64,000 nt of DNA. Origin: Spizellomyces punctatus DAOM BR117. Lineage: Eukaryota. Made by a program: the position numbers and the translations under genes. Positions 1 through 13,867 of this stretch are shown here, piece after piece; position 1 is the first letter of the stretch, and each line of letters starts with the position of its first letter. Location: NCBI GenBank assembly GCA_000182565.2, contig KQ257451.1. One strand, given 5' to 3'. Under the pieces are notes generated by a model. That model saw only the letters and a program-made list of their open reading frames with translations. It did no database searches and was not told the DNA's origin.

Positions 1-874
1 CGATCGGTTGTCACAGCTCTGATAATGTCAATATAAAAGGGCAACACGCAAAGAAAGTCGAGGAGTCGGGAAAAGTTGAATATAGCACGGAGGTTCGGTG
101 CTGAGATGATATGCAACAGTAATTCGAGTGTGAACTAGAAATGATACACATACGGAGCTAAGAAAAAAAACATGGTCATGCTACAGAGAACCAATATGTC
201 AACATACCACAACCAGACAGGCAGCTTCAACCCCATACACTGCTCGAATAGCTGTCGTATCTTTCAAAATCGCATCCACAGTCCCCAAACACATGGTCAC
301 CACCGAAATCAGCAGCGCACCAGTAAAGATCCTTCTCAACGTCCGTCCAATCAACGAATGCTTTCGATCATGCAATATATGCTGAATCTTTTGACGCCAA
401 GTCATATGAGACATGCTAGAATTCGACGAAGTCGACGACGTTGACGTCGGTGACCTCGTTATAGGTATGGCTACAGCCGATAGTCTACGTCGTACTGGAG
501 GGTCGCTTGCATGCGCATTCTCTCGCTCATCTGATGAATCCGAGTCCTCCATAAGATCATCATCATAGTCGTCAAGTTCAGGGTTAAATTGGTAGTCGGA
601 TGGATGTGGGCTAGGCGGATTGGAAAGTCTGCGGTTCCTCGTGGTAGTGACATTGGCGGTGGAAATGGATGGTGGCTTGGGAACATCAACCCTGTACGGT
701 GACATGAATGTTAGCAAACAGCTGTCTTATAAACAGAAAGCATAAACCCGCTATTCGCTGTGGTTTGACTGACTTTTCTAATTTCCAGTTCCGCCCATCC
801 TGTAAACTCCCCAATGACGCACTGCGCCCTAAGCTCACGCTATTATGACGTTGATTAGAACGCAGTAGAACCAT
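1..874 (-). CDS. Voltage-gated K+ channel-like ion transport protein, N-terminal part (continues beyond the window start)
   Basis: Splicing intron 135-207 (GTG|GTATGT...CTAG|TTC) joins S1 'IFTGALLISVVTMCLGTV' and S2 'VEAACLVV-FTLELLLHI' to S3 'LLDFLCVLPFYIDII', a Kv-type S2/S3 signature. A probable first exon starts at ATG 874 and uses donor AA|GTCAGT with acceptor TACAG near 692. S4 and the pore lie outside the window. Confidence 0.8.
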
Positions 875-1340
875 GATGCCTCATAGCACCAACAATAAGG
901 CTGTATATGTTGATTCAGCAAACAAAAAGTATGCTAGAAACTACAATTCGACAATGGACAAAAAAAAAAACGACGAACGACCCAACTGCCATGGGTTCTC
1001 AAACAGAAAGTTTTAAAGTTCCTATTGAATGATTTTACCAGTTCCCTGGTCTTTTGGGCTTAGTCAGGCGTCAAAAACGTGCCCCGCTGGATGATGAAAA
1101 CACTTGCTGGATTTTTGGTCATTTAGATTCTTTCAACTGAGAATACTTTAAATAAACCGACACACTATCACTGGAAATAAGCTGTATCAGATGTATTGAG
1201 GCCACTATCCATTTCATATCATTAACATATTCCGCAACTCTATGCTGTACTACAGTTTACATACCCATCATTCTATACTGTACACGAATTGAGTTCTGCC
1301 CAAAATACAAATACCATGTATATCCACAAAAACTAGCCTC

Positions 1341-4300
1341 CTATTCACTAGGCGATGGCTCACTTTCCACCTTTGTCGCAGACGACTCACTACTTGATCT
1401 TGGAGCATCAGAACGTGGGTCTTGACTTGGTGCATTGGACGATCCGCCCGATGTCGATGGTTTCCGTTGGTGAACAAGCTGTGGAGGAGGGGCATAGTAT
1501 CCGGGAGGGAGAGGCATGCCAGATGGCATAGCGGACATGTGAGGATTCATGGAAAAATGAGGGAAACCTGGGGCCATCATCAGAGTTCCACGTCCATCAG
1601 GTACCATCATGACGCTCCCTCTTGCATCAGGCATTAGCATAACGCTCGCTCTCCCATCTGGTACCATCATAACACTCGCCCTTGCATCAAAAGGAACACT
1701 GTTCAAGGGCGGTAACGTAAGTGCACCGGGCGGCGGTAGCAACCCTGGTGGCATCGTGGTCCCAGGAGGCAAGGGCATTCCCGTCGGGGGCATTGCAGAC
1801 ATCCGATATCCAATTGTCTGACCCATAGCAGGCGTAAAAGGTGTCGGTGGAGCAAAAGTCGACATGGGTCGCACCATCATGTGCGCTCGGAGTGGCATCT
1901 CTGGGACCCGTCGTCGACGCTCCTCGGTCAGTGCTCGTTCCTGTACCCACTCACTCCATCTCTTCATATTGATCCCGCTATGATCAAACTCTCCATCCTT
2001 TCGACTGTGATCCTCGGCTTTGATCTCGCCGCTGACTTTACGTGTCTCTCCCCATGAGAAATCATCAAAATGCCAAAAGGCGTATAGTGGAAGCACAACC
2101 TGCCACAGCGGAAGAGCGACCAAGAAGACCAGGAACCAAAAGATGTAAATCAAACGCTTGACAGTCAACAATATGAGGACTGCTGGTAGTCCAAGAATTG
2201 CTGCAAGCATCACGAGGGGAATGATTTGTGGGTCGCTCGACACAAAAGTTTGCACAATTAAATAGATCGTGAAGCCTGTCGCTGCCGGTAAAACCACCGA
2301 CCCGACCAGTTCCATGAAGATGACAAACTACAACGATAAACACTAGGTTAACAAATCACGATGAGGCAACGAGCATGGAATGTATGATAGCTCACCTGCA
2401 TACTGAAGCAAAAAGTTCCACAAAGGTCCCGCACCAACACTAATTCCAAGAGGTTATGGATTGTACTGTTAATCCATCGCCTCCTTTGACTCAACAATAC
2501 AGGGAACGAGTCTGGAACAACAGTCTTGCAGATCGCACGCGGGACAAACACATTTCGTCGTTTTGGGAAGGCCTTCAACATGAGAGTTGTCAAGTACCGA
2601 TCTTCGCCAAGGAGAAGTAGATTCTTCATATGCAGAGTGTCGACAATATTTTCAGAATACGCTTCCACTACGTCCGGATTTGCTAGAATCGGGACCCATT
2701 GACCAGATCGACCCTTGGGAGCTTTGATTCTGTACGCCGAGAAACATCCAGGGAGACATGTTACACCACCAAAGACAGACTCGAATGCCTTTGATAGATG
2801 GTGCGAGATGTAGTATTCGTAAACTTGAATCATCGTCACCCAGCTTTGCCACTTGTTATGAATCTTGGTCTCTCCGCACACACCCATGATTTTTGGATCT
2901 CGGACCATGCATGCCACAAGGTGCGTAATGGAGTCAGGATAGATTCGAGTATCAGCGTCAACCATAAGGACCGCTTCGTACTTGTCAGGATGCAGGCCGG
3001 TAATAGTCCATAGCTTGTGGAAAATATCAAACTCAAGCTCCGTCATCCGATCGTCAAACATGACTTTGGTCAGAAACTGCATTAGCAGCACTTGAGAGTC
3101 ACGTTTGCCACGGTTGCCGGGCTTCATGACGCCACTGTCGGGGTTCCGTTCCTCTTCGTTACCCACTTTGACCACCAAGATCATAGGGACTTTCCCGTCT
3201 TTGCGATTCTTCACTGTCCTCGACATGCTTCGAGAAAGCTTTTGCTGCTTCTCAGAATCTCCGTCAACCCCAGCCTTGTCATCGGGATAGGATACTGACA
3301 CTGCTCTTTCTCCTTTCTTTCCACCCTTCTGCTTTCCCTCCTTTATGGCATACCGGTACCATCCCGCGTAAACTCGTGCATAATTCTTTCTCTTTGTTCC
3401 ATTGGCAATCGCAACGTAGCTATAAGCCTCCGGTATTCCTCCCCACCTAGGATCATCATCGCGGAACCGTTCATCAATTTCCATCATATCGATCAAGTAC
3501 TCGGGGGTAGGTTTCGCTTCTCCAGATCCCTGAACGATTCCGTCTGCAATCACGAACAGAGTCTTATGCGTGGAAGGGTAGTACGCATGGGCGAGGGAGT
3601 CAAGAGTGGCGCGTATAGAAGCATACCCTTCCGAATAACAAGGAATCATGACCAATGTGTGCATCAAGGTGGGGTCATTCAAGGCTGGGTCAGCATGGGT
3701 GTACGGCGCCGACAGTTGCAGATCCTTGTAGCGATTCCGAATTGCCATGTCGATCTCTGGTACATCCACATCAGGGAGGGTCGGTTGCATCATTGTCCCA
3801 TTGGGCCCAACAACCGGTTCTCCAACAGTAGAGCGCCGAATGGATGAGTCGGAAGCTTTACGCGCGGGTTGGGTGGGCGCAAATGAACCGACCGAAGATT
3901 TTCGTCTCTCCATCGCATTGTGCATATTGTCCATTTGGATAGCGTCCTGGGGTGACGGCGACCTGTTCTCTGCCCCAGCAGCAGCCAATTCCTGTCGACG
4001 CCGTCGCAAATCTGCTGCGACTCGTGAGTCCTTATCCCGTTCGCCCAGCTTCCAGCCGATCAAATACTGAAATATGACGGCCAGAATAAAGCGTGCTCCG
4101 ACTGTCCCCATAATGAATACTAGCGAAATGTACACAAGAACGTCGGATACAACACATCCGAATGTCGTAGAGTCAACTCTCGCAATCCGGAAAATTTCGT
4201 CCAGGCAATCGGCTCTATCCTTCAAGCCATTTTTTGATGTGAATACCTTGGTGGCATCTCTTCCTCGGTTCTTTTGTACAATCTGATAAAATTTATCTCC

Positions 4301-5719
4301 TGCAACCAAATTAAGGTAAGTGCATCAATACCATTCGCGAAAACATATGAGTTACTATACCAAAAAGTTCAGGGGTTTCAGCCAATCGAGAGATATTCAG
4401 TACGTTGCTGGATGTCTATCATCAACATACCAATCATGACAGAAGCGCGACAGAAGACTGCATACCCATTATATACAAGTAAATCGGTGCTTGCCTTGAC
4501 TACATCATAGTCCAAAAAGTAATCCGCTTGCGGTCGGATAGCGGCCAAAGGATTGAAAGGAAGGCCAGCGAAAGGGCATCCAGTGACCTGCCTGTAAAAC
4601 TGTTACAGAGGGATCTTCACATCGACAGATCAGTAAAGACCCACTGCTTACCCTGCTGCTGGTGGCCACACTCCAGTGAGAGTGCACGGGAACGGTTGTG
4701 CGTCTCCGAAAAGCTTTCTACATTTGCCATTGCTGACAGGAAATAAAACACTGAGGTCTTCCCCAGCAACCTTAGAGTTCAAAGAATGTAAAACGATTAA
4801 GACATAGCCAAAAAAAAGATGATTTGTCCGCTAGCTTTACCTGAACATAATCTAATACTGGCTGTCGATTACCGTTCAGGATTTCGAGAGCCTTACTCGC
4901 ATCATACATCTTCCCACGGATGGCAAATGAACTACTCCCCACCAGTTGCTTATAGTTGACATTTTGTCCTATATGTCTACAAGCGACTGCGTTGAAGCCG
5001 AATGTCAAAAACCCCACAAAAAGCATACAGAAGCCAATGATGATGCAAAGGGCAATCTTCTCACGGAATGCCATTTGAATCAGTGGGTCCTTGATTCCAC
5101 TGAATTTCAACAAGGGAGCAGGTAGATAACATGTCAACATCTTCACAGCGACGGTCCAGCAAGTTGTTCTTTGTTTGATTTCCGCTTTGTTACGCCCAAG
5201 CGACCGACGGTGGAGTGTGTCATTGCGAGTCAATGTCGAGTGTGCTGATATTCTGCGTTCCAGGTCTCGCCCGGCTCCGTTCTTTCCATGACCACGACTT
5301 TGACGAACGAGTGATTTCTTCCGTCGAAGGTCTCCTTCTGACGTATTCGTTCGTGGGACTTGGGTAGATTGCCTTGACGGAGCGGTGTTTGAAGCACGAC
5401 CTGTTCCTATTGGAGGCCCAAAGGAATTCGGTGGAAGGGGCATCCCAGCAGGATAGGATCCCGGGTCTGCCGTCCGGCTTTTCCTAGTTTTCCCTATGGA
5501 CGAGAGTTCGGGCAAGTCAGCAAGAGTATATAACCAACCACCTGTTCCCGGGCGGGGTGCGACCAAATTCCGTCCACATGCATCCACATTACCATTGGAC
5601 GCAATAACTCGTGGACCATGACTTTCCGTATAGCGCACCGGTGCAACTAGCCCCTCCCTTGACTCACTCCGACAAACATTGTGCTCACCATCTTGGCCAT
5701 TGTCCGGATGCGAAGGCAT
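1341..5719 (-). CDS. CHS: Chitin synthase, division 2, class IV-like (GT2), multi-exon
   Basis: Motifs present: FREKIALC, KPGNRGKRDSQ, MVDADT, VTCLPGCF, LGEDRYLTTL, QRRRWINST, CFSMQ|FVIFMELVG (spliced) and YAFWHFDDFSWGETR. There is no N-terminal myosin motor, which favours class IV over V/VII. Confidence 0.95.
1569..1688 (-). repeat. 4 x 30-nt coding tandem repeat in the chitin synthase C-terminal tail
   Basis: Translates as DARASVMMVP / DGRASVMLMP / DARGSVMMVP / DGRGTLMMAP. Confidence 0.9.
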
Positions 5720-7592
5720 GTTTCACACGAGAGTAGCTTGGCCCGCTGACAGGCCTGCTGTTTTCTATAGAGAACATGTCAGTAAGGTTGAGTTTTGTGC
5801 GGGCAGTCGACATAACCACAATGGAATGCGTACCAGCGAGATCACCAAAACTACCGCGAACCTACCGCGGAATGCCCTATTGGGGGACACAGGGTCAAGG
5901 GCGCGGGAGAAGGGATACGCAAGCTGGCCAAACGCAACGGATAACGAAAACAACGCAGGAAAGATGACAATGCTCAGCTACGAAATGTGGATAAAAAAAA
6001 AACTGCGAAATCTCCCAAGCGGTTCTGCAGATACAAAAAACTTTAGTCCTTTGCCTCTTTCCGCTCCCAGTGCTAAAAAGCGGTCAATTCCCGACGGTTT
6101 GGCTCACGTTTCAAAGCCACCTCTCCCCAACACGTGGTTGAAAATAAACAAAGAACACTTGCGAGTTTTCCAATAGAATACTTGTCAACGTTTGTGAGTT
6201 GGGAATATAGGACATTCCACACACTGTATGGGTTTCCAGCTGAGACGGGTTGGTCGATCCCCCCCGTCCGTCTCTGGGCACGCCGGGACTGGCATATGAA
6301 TTGCTTGACCATCCTTGGATGAAGGAACAAGAGAAACAGAAGTGTGACATGAAACATACATGCCAAAACAGCGCAAAGACAGTGTTGAAGCCCCCCCATT
6401 CTCTGTACAAGACTCACAGGAACCGCCGACAAATGTTTAAACATCATCCAAGTCATTTCCATGTAACCGTCTCCGCTCGCTTTATAGGTTACGGTTGAGA
6501 CACGGCCAACTGTGACATCCCAGGAACCTGTGGATACGAGTGAATGTTTACCGCATCCTTGCGATCAGGCGTCTTGGTGGTCAATACAAGACCGCGGTGC
6601 GTTTCCCCAAGGCCATTTTCACGAGAGTACTGAACGAGAGATGTAACCCTATCCCTAACAAAGAGGGGTTGGCTCTCTTTATAACCCTGCTATGGGCAAG
6701 CCCCACTGAACTAAGATGACAAGTGATGTACACTACAGGTATCAAGAATGTTGCATGATGTCTTTGGACCTTTTTGATGTGGAGACAGCGAATGGTGCCT
6801 GTGATCAAAAGGAGAATGTTGGATTAAGAACCTGTGCATAAGTACTACTTAGAAGGAACCACGTAATGGTTTCTCTGGCTAGGGAACTTTTTTTTCTGTC
6901 GAAAATGCTCTTGCGTAGCCCTTACCCTGAGATGCTGGAATTCTCTTTTGAACATGAAAAAAAAAAAAAAATCCACTCAGAGATATTAAGCAATTGATCT
7001 TCCCCCAGTATAATCCCACAGTAGGTGTATCTTATCTTGACCTTACTCTTGCCCAAAACACGGTCGAAAACAAGCGCCGCGGTACGCACAGCCAATAAGG
7101 CACTTAACAAGCTCTCAGCATATCCTAGCTCGATTACGCAACCGATGCAAGCAATAGTGGTCTTTGATCAATCTTAAACTAGTGACCATGCGTGCCTTTG
7201 TTTGCCTGACCTAACTCAGGGTGTTCCCCAGATAAATATTACTGTAGTAAGCAATCATCTTTAAAAGTATCGCCCAAATAACTTGACGTCATGCAAGAAG
7301 GGCACGATTGCAAGCCTGATGGACATTCAGGTGAGCGTGCAATTCCTGCTTATGTCATGTCACTTGCTCGCGTCCTTTCATGTGCGCAGCAGGGAATCGA
7401 TACGGAAAGAGAACACTTCCGTCACCTGTACACAGGCTTTTAAAGTTGAGCCAAAAAAAAAGATGGAGATTGCGAGTATTTGAGCTTTATATTTCTTCCC
7501 GATTCCTCTTGACGTCTCTGCCCTACTGTTCTTGCCAGCCGGCGAAAGAGTTTGCATTGTCGTCAACGTACATCTAATTCGTCCCATCCGCA

Positions 7593-8420
7593 ATGGCATC
7601 GCTCCAGTTTTGGCTTCAATTGGCTGCGCTTTGCACTCTTCATGTTGTTCAGCTGGTATGTCTGATAACTTTGGTCATCGCGATACAAGCAACCGTCTGG
7701 CTAAAGGGCGTCACGCTATGAGATTTCCGCCGCTATTTTCGTTGGAGGGATTGTGGACCAAGCAGAATACGGGCCCAGAATATGGTAAGCTAGAAAGGAT
7801 CCTTTCAAGTCCAAAACAACATATAAGCTGCTTCCGCAAGGATCCTAAAGCTAAATATATTCGCGTCCATAGCTTGCTCTTTGTTTCAAACTACCGGAAT
7901 GAAGGCACAGAGTTTATTTTCGAAGCCGAGTCGGGTGCTTGCCATTTTGCGGTCGGGTAGGTCCTTGCACTCTCCCTATATGAACTGTTGAGAGCTCCTG
8001 ACTAACCCGTATATGGCGGCAAGGGTTGGCTCCATCGGTATCGTTTTGGCCCTTATTGCACTCGCATCAACACTTTATTACAATCTAAACCCTACGAGGA
8101 CCGTACGCACCAAGACCGTTGCTCTCATCTCCGCCATTGTATCATCGCTTTACGCCATCTTGCTGCTGATTACTGTCTCAATAGTCTCCGTCGGTCTAAC
8201 CAACACCTGCCGGCAATTTGAGAACGTCCAGAGACACTCTTGCACGGACGTGTTTGCCACCGGATTCTTCTACGAAGGCATTGTCGATAGGCTCTACAGG
8301 AAAAGCTTGAACGTTGTCTGGATTGCTGTCTCCGCTGGTTGGATTTCAGTGGGGACCTGGGTATTGTACGCAATTGTGGAATGGTGGACTTGGAAATTTA
8401 GGATGAACAAGTGGTGGTGA
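7593..8420 (+). CDS. Four-TM membrane protein, TMEM179/MARVEL-like, 4 exons
   Basis: Hand-spliced: MASLQFWLQLAALCTLHVVQL | ISAAIFVGGIVDQAEYGPRI | CLLFVSNYRNEG...SGACHFAVG | VGSIGIVLAL...IVSVGLTNTCRQFENVQRHSC...AGWISVGTWVLY. The pattern CLLF...ACxF...IVSVGxxxC...SC...W matches my recollection of TMEM179. The first acceptor (GAG) is weak. Confidence 0.7.
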
Positions 8421-8625
8421 GATCTGCGGAAATTAACATCAGAATGTCCATATTTTGTACGTATGTAGTTGTGAAAATATGCCTTTTGTCTAACATGTCT
8501 GTTCCATATTTCATTCATTATCCGGGCAATACAATAGTCAGTGCTTATTGTCTTCTTGCATTCCCTTTTGCTGTCTAATTTGTTTAACCCAACGTCCCCG
8601 AGGTTTGTTTTCCAACTTTACACGA

Positions 8626-11600
8626 CTATTTTCTCTTTCTCGCACCCTCTTCGGTAAACATCCCACCGCTTTCAACGAACTTTTTAATCTCGGGAATACT
8701 TTGCACAACAGGTTCGGGAATAGCAAATAGAAGCGTGACTGTTGATTCCATTTCCTGAAGTCGGGCTTGCGCCGTTGCACGCATACTCGCGAGGTAAACC
8801 AGCAGCGTACTGGCTACCGATATAGCAAAAAGGACAATAATAGCTGTTTTTGCAACGCTATTGCTGTGGCGGGAAACGGATCGTACATATTAGCTTTCGG
8901 TAGCTGCACATGGAATCCAAATCCCCACCCACCCGCTAATGATAATGTTTTGAAAAATAGTGTCGACTTTGTTCAGGTTTGTATTAAGGCTTGCCGATAG
9001 TGTAGAAATAAAGTTGAAAGCGGAATCGCTCGTGGTGACATTGCTAACTTTGACTCTGTTAAGAAAATCCGTCGCTTCATTAATGAACCATTCAATCTGC
9101 GCGTCGAGTCCAATAGTCAGATTTCCGCATGCAGGTTGGCAGGGGGCAGAGGTAAGGGTAAAGGTCTGTAGATCCGGGATTGTCGTCGTCGCAATGCAGT
9201 TCACGCCTGTTACAGAGTCGTGATGAAGGTTGATCAACTTGGTCAGACGATCGTCTAGCCACATGATTGGAGCGTTTGGCAACCAAGTAGTAGGGTCGAA
9301 GTAGATACACTGAAGAATTTTAAGGTTGGAATGATCTTCATTTTCCTCATTATCGAGCACGGTAACATACCTCTGCTGCAAGCATGACAACCGCTTGCAT
9401 TAAGTATCTTCTGCTGTTTGTGTAATTCATTGTCGCTGCATACGAAATAGACATCATCGCTCGATACTGTGGGGAAAAATCAGTTCCCATAGTAGGAGGA
9501 ACAAACTTGATAATACTCACGATTGGAACGATCAACAACGCAGTCGCTGGCAAGCCTAATAGAATTAAGCCCGCTAAATACCGAATGAAATGCTTCTTGA
9601 TTGGACTCTTATTCACCACGTCTTCATCAACAGTCATGTTCATCAATTGCCTAGCGGCGAAGTTGCCGTTATTGCCCTGTTGCTCATCGTTATTCTTTCC
9701 ATCTTCTTTATTGCCTGCAGTTGTTGTCATTTCGTCGGCAATGCTCTCAATCTGAAATGAAAAATTAGAAACAACAGTATCGTGAATGGCCGATAATCGC
9801 TAATTACCTGCTCTTCAACATCTGTCAGCATATGCATGAGGGGTTTTTTGGGCAGCAGAGCGAACATTTTCAGAGTTCGGATTTGCTCGTCACTTGTCTG
9901 ATTCATCATCGGAAGTAAAACGACATAGGCCCACCCCAACATTGTCACAACCAGCAGACCGCACAAACTGTAGAGCACATACTAGAGTAATATTTTGGGG
10001 TGAATATTACAGCTCTATTTTGAGACTTTGAATTCAAGGTACATACCACACTCTGCATGGTTCCATTTATCCACTTTTGCTGGCCCCCGCTACTCGCACT
10101 CTCAAAGGCAGGACCGACAACGATAGCATTATCAAGAAAGAATCGAACACGATTGTCCTCCAGCTGACTCGTATTGTAAAAATTCCAGCCTTGTGGATGC
10201 CATCTTGGTTGGTCAATGTGCAGAGCGAAAGCACGAACATCCATACGTACTCTGTTGACCCAGTTCCACGCCGTATTGGTATACAAGTTTCACAAGTTGG
10301 TAGGCATTCATATACTGAATCTTTTTAATCGAAATAGGTAGCTGCGACATCTAGAGCCACAAGATGTCAATCACTGTTTCATCCTCCCTCTATTCGCTTG
10401 TCTTACCGTCACCGCAATCGTTGCCGGGTCGTTATAGAATCCTGCAAGATAGGAAACGTAATACGTTGTGAAGTTTCTCATTAACGACGCGATAGAAGTC
10501 TGTGCGTCAGCAAAACGAGTACGCAGTTGCGGTACACCTTCAGGCGCAACAAAGGCTGGCTGTACGAAGGTGCGAACATTTTGCACAGCCAATGTTGCAG
10601 CACGGGAGAGCCGAGTGACGCGAGCGAAACCGGAGATGTTGTCTTCAGCAGATTGAAAGGACCAGATTCCGACGGCAATTGTGGTAATCACGATGAAGAG
10701 GTAGATTGCTAGGCCTAATTTCTGTCGGCGATCCAGGATGTAGACTGGCGCTTTGAGCCGGGATTGGAGCTGGGCTCTGTGGTAGGCCTGAGCGGATATC
10801 ACAAAAATGTGAGCACCTGCTGCCACAAGAAGAACTTCAAACCTCGGTTCTAGCCCTCTCACCTTTTTTCTCTCCTCTCTTTCTGACGACTGATAAAGTA
10901 GAAAACACGCAGAAGTGTTAACACTTATGGAATTCTGCAACTCACCAAAGAAGAATATTTACCCTTGTGCTGGGAACTGATTCACTGGGAGCCGGCATTT
11001 TATCGGCCCTTGCAGCGGCTTCAGCTATCTCATCTTCTTCTTTGAACGTTCCGTGAAATCCAACCCCTTTGGTGACTTCCTCGTCGTCATCATCGTCGTC
11101 ATCAACCTGAGTCTTGTCAACGTTCGAGTATCGACGCCGTAGATACGTCTCGGGTTCGATGTTTTCAATTTCAGGGAAGACAATCTCCCTAACAATAGGT
11201 TCATCCATATTGGATTCGTCTTGTATTGGCGCATCCGTGGGTTCACTGCCATCCATCATCTTGCTCATGGTTTCCTCCATGACGACGCTGATGTTTGGAT
11301 CCATCGCCAACGGTCGGGTCCTGTCTCGAAGGCTTGCCTTACGACTAACAGTAGTTTGAGAATTGTATACGGTGTTGGCGCTGCGATGCTGCAAAGAGCT
11401 GCGACGAAGGGAGCCAGCCATGGATCCTCGACGAGACTCATTCCGATAGCTGGTGGTAGCCATGCGTGTCTCGAGCTCTTCGATCTCTTCGGCAGCATTT
11501 GTGAATTTCGCTGCACCTTCTTTGTCGTTCTTCAGGACCAAAATCAAAAGGCGCGACAATTAGGTAACAGTGTTTTCTGCTCAGAGGATTGACGAGGACA

Positions 11601-13867
11601 AGTGAAACGAAAGCTTACCTTAATTTGCATCAAAAAGGCGGCATACATCCTCAAAAGCACCTTACTCTTGGGCCATCTCGAAATCAACTTTTTGTAATAG
11701 TCAGTAGCCTTCTGTTCCGCTTCACTGATACGCTGGAGGAAGATGGGATACGTCTTCGGGTCCCTTCCGCGTTGGTGCGTGCGAACGTGCGTTAAGAATG
11801 CACGTATTTCCAGAAGGGTTGCAAGGTGATTCCGTCTTGCACCATTTTGCATCGTCTGAAACTCGACGTAAGAGGAACTTTTTGACGTAGTTGAATAAGG
11901 GTAAGGGTTGCTCATGCAAGGCCTGGACCTGAGGTACACAGTACTTACATGTTCAATGTCGAGGAGTTGAGACCTTCGGTTCGCTTGGACTGCTCAATGA
12001 TATGATCCTAACAAGATTCCAGTTATTGTTGTGCTTCATCTATCACCTCAGATCGAAATTTCCAAACCTGCATAAAAATAAAGAAGCGAGCATCAAAAGC
12101 TGGTTTCAAAGTTTTCGCCTTCTGGATAAAATAGGCGGGCTCTTCATTTCCTGGCGGAGTGTAGTTCTCAAGATACTCGGCGTATCTGGATTCAACACCG
12201 GATAGATTAGCGAACGACTGATTTTCGAGGAGGAAACCCATCGAACATACACAAGATTTAACATTGCATCCTTTGGGTACTGACGAAACCCCTCTGCGAA
12301 AATCTCATCCATGATAAACAAAGCCTCGTCTGATCGGTTGTTATGGACGAAACGACACGCGATTTCCACTTCAGGTACATTGTTAAATACGCGAATGTCC
12401 TATTTACATGTCATGAATCAGCAGAAGATCCTGAACAGTCCGTCAAGTAGTTGAACAATCACCTTTGGCCGAGTCCGTAGTGTAGTAATCGTTTGCAGAT
12501 TTTCCAACCAATCGCTCTGGCTGTTCTCGGAATCTCCAATAGCCGCCGTTTTGATAATCCGCACCCCACCTTCTTCAGCAAGCTTGCCCATTTGGGGAAG
12601 CATTTTCTGCTTCAGTTGCAGCTTTCTATACACTCTGCTGGTAATGCTTTTGAAGGCACTACGACAGGCCAAAACTCCAACGACGAACCCAATAGGCACG
12701 GTAATGACCGCGACTATGGGAAGGGCGATGGAGTCTGATCCGATGGCATATGAGATGGCGGCGATAATCCCACTCAAAAAAGCGGCGGAGAAGATTCCGG
12801 CCCGCAGTTGGTTGACGGCAGACTTGTAAAAAGGTTGGTAGGCTATCATGAGATACGAAAGAATGGCCGTAATGGGTATCAGCACAGCAAGGCTGAAGCG
12901 TGGATCACGCGCGAGTGTGAAAACAGAGGTTAGGATAATACGAAGTACGACATCTGCGACGGTAATAAAGATCAGATATGTTGTAACAGATACAGAACTC
13001 TACATGAACTTACATATCGTATCCACCCTAAGAAGAAGAGACCATCATTAGACCGTGGACCAGACTAGTACATGAGCTTAACATGCGACCCACCTTCCGA
13101 TCGGGACTCGTGCCATGGCCGATTTTCGATTGGGGGTGGTTTCCAGATAAATTGACGACATAACAATGTTGTACGGTACAAAAATGATCATCAGAAGGAT
13201 AGCAATGACAGTTTCAGCTGTGTATGCTCCCGAAAAGCATTGAACGCTCGGATATTCTATCAACGAGTTATCTGGCCCAAAGCACGTCACTGCAACGAGA
13301 AGGACCTCCAGAAACGGCATGAACAAAACGGTGCCGAGGAGTTTGGTGACGAGACGGAGGGTTTTGAGTGCCAGCAATGAAATACCCGCAAACTGCTTGA
13401 ATAGTTACCAACTGCCACATCAAAAACGGCTTCAAGCTCATCTCGTTGGGCATCTTACCTTGCCACTTTCGAAAGAAACAGCAACCTGTGCGGCGGCTGC
13501 AATCGCCACGACAACAAATCCGACCACAATTCCTAACAAGATCAGGTATTGTCCATACTCATGCGGTCGATACGAAAGCGGATTGGTCACATATTGCGCC
13601 CATGTTGGCATTCGGCCATAAAACGATGGGTTGTGCGCAAAGGCAATGAGCTACAATGATGATGTTGGTGAGTTGTTGGAACTTGACCTTGAACTCTAGC
13701 AGAGATAGTTTTTGTTGCATCTTTGATTTTACCTGGATATCTTCCGTGAACATGATGATGTATGACAACAAATTGTTCACATCGTTGTCTTTCACCATGC
13801 TGTACAGCACGGAAAACATGACCTTCTCCATGGCATTCTGGGGTGATGAAGAGCGATTTTCGTCCAT
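8626..13867 (-). CDS. TmcB/TmcC (tiny macrocysts)-like polytopic membrane protein, many exons
   Basis: N-terminus MEKVMFSVLYSM...FTEDIQ, then a multi-TM block with LFMPFLEVL, GRVDTIY and YQPFY...NQLRAG. A TPR-like region follows (YKKLISRWPKSKVLLRMYAAFL...NDKEGA), then a disordered linker and two TM-loop-TM modules ending in FALLPKK and LLFAIPEPVVQSIPEIKKFVESGG. Last exon stops at 8626-8628. Confidence 0.8.

Noticed and set aside
7319-7444. Upstream exon ATGGACATTCAG|GTGAGC as the start of the TMEM179-like gene
   Set aside because: The spliced frame stops at about 7444 (…YTGF*), so it is at most a uORF or a leader intron.
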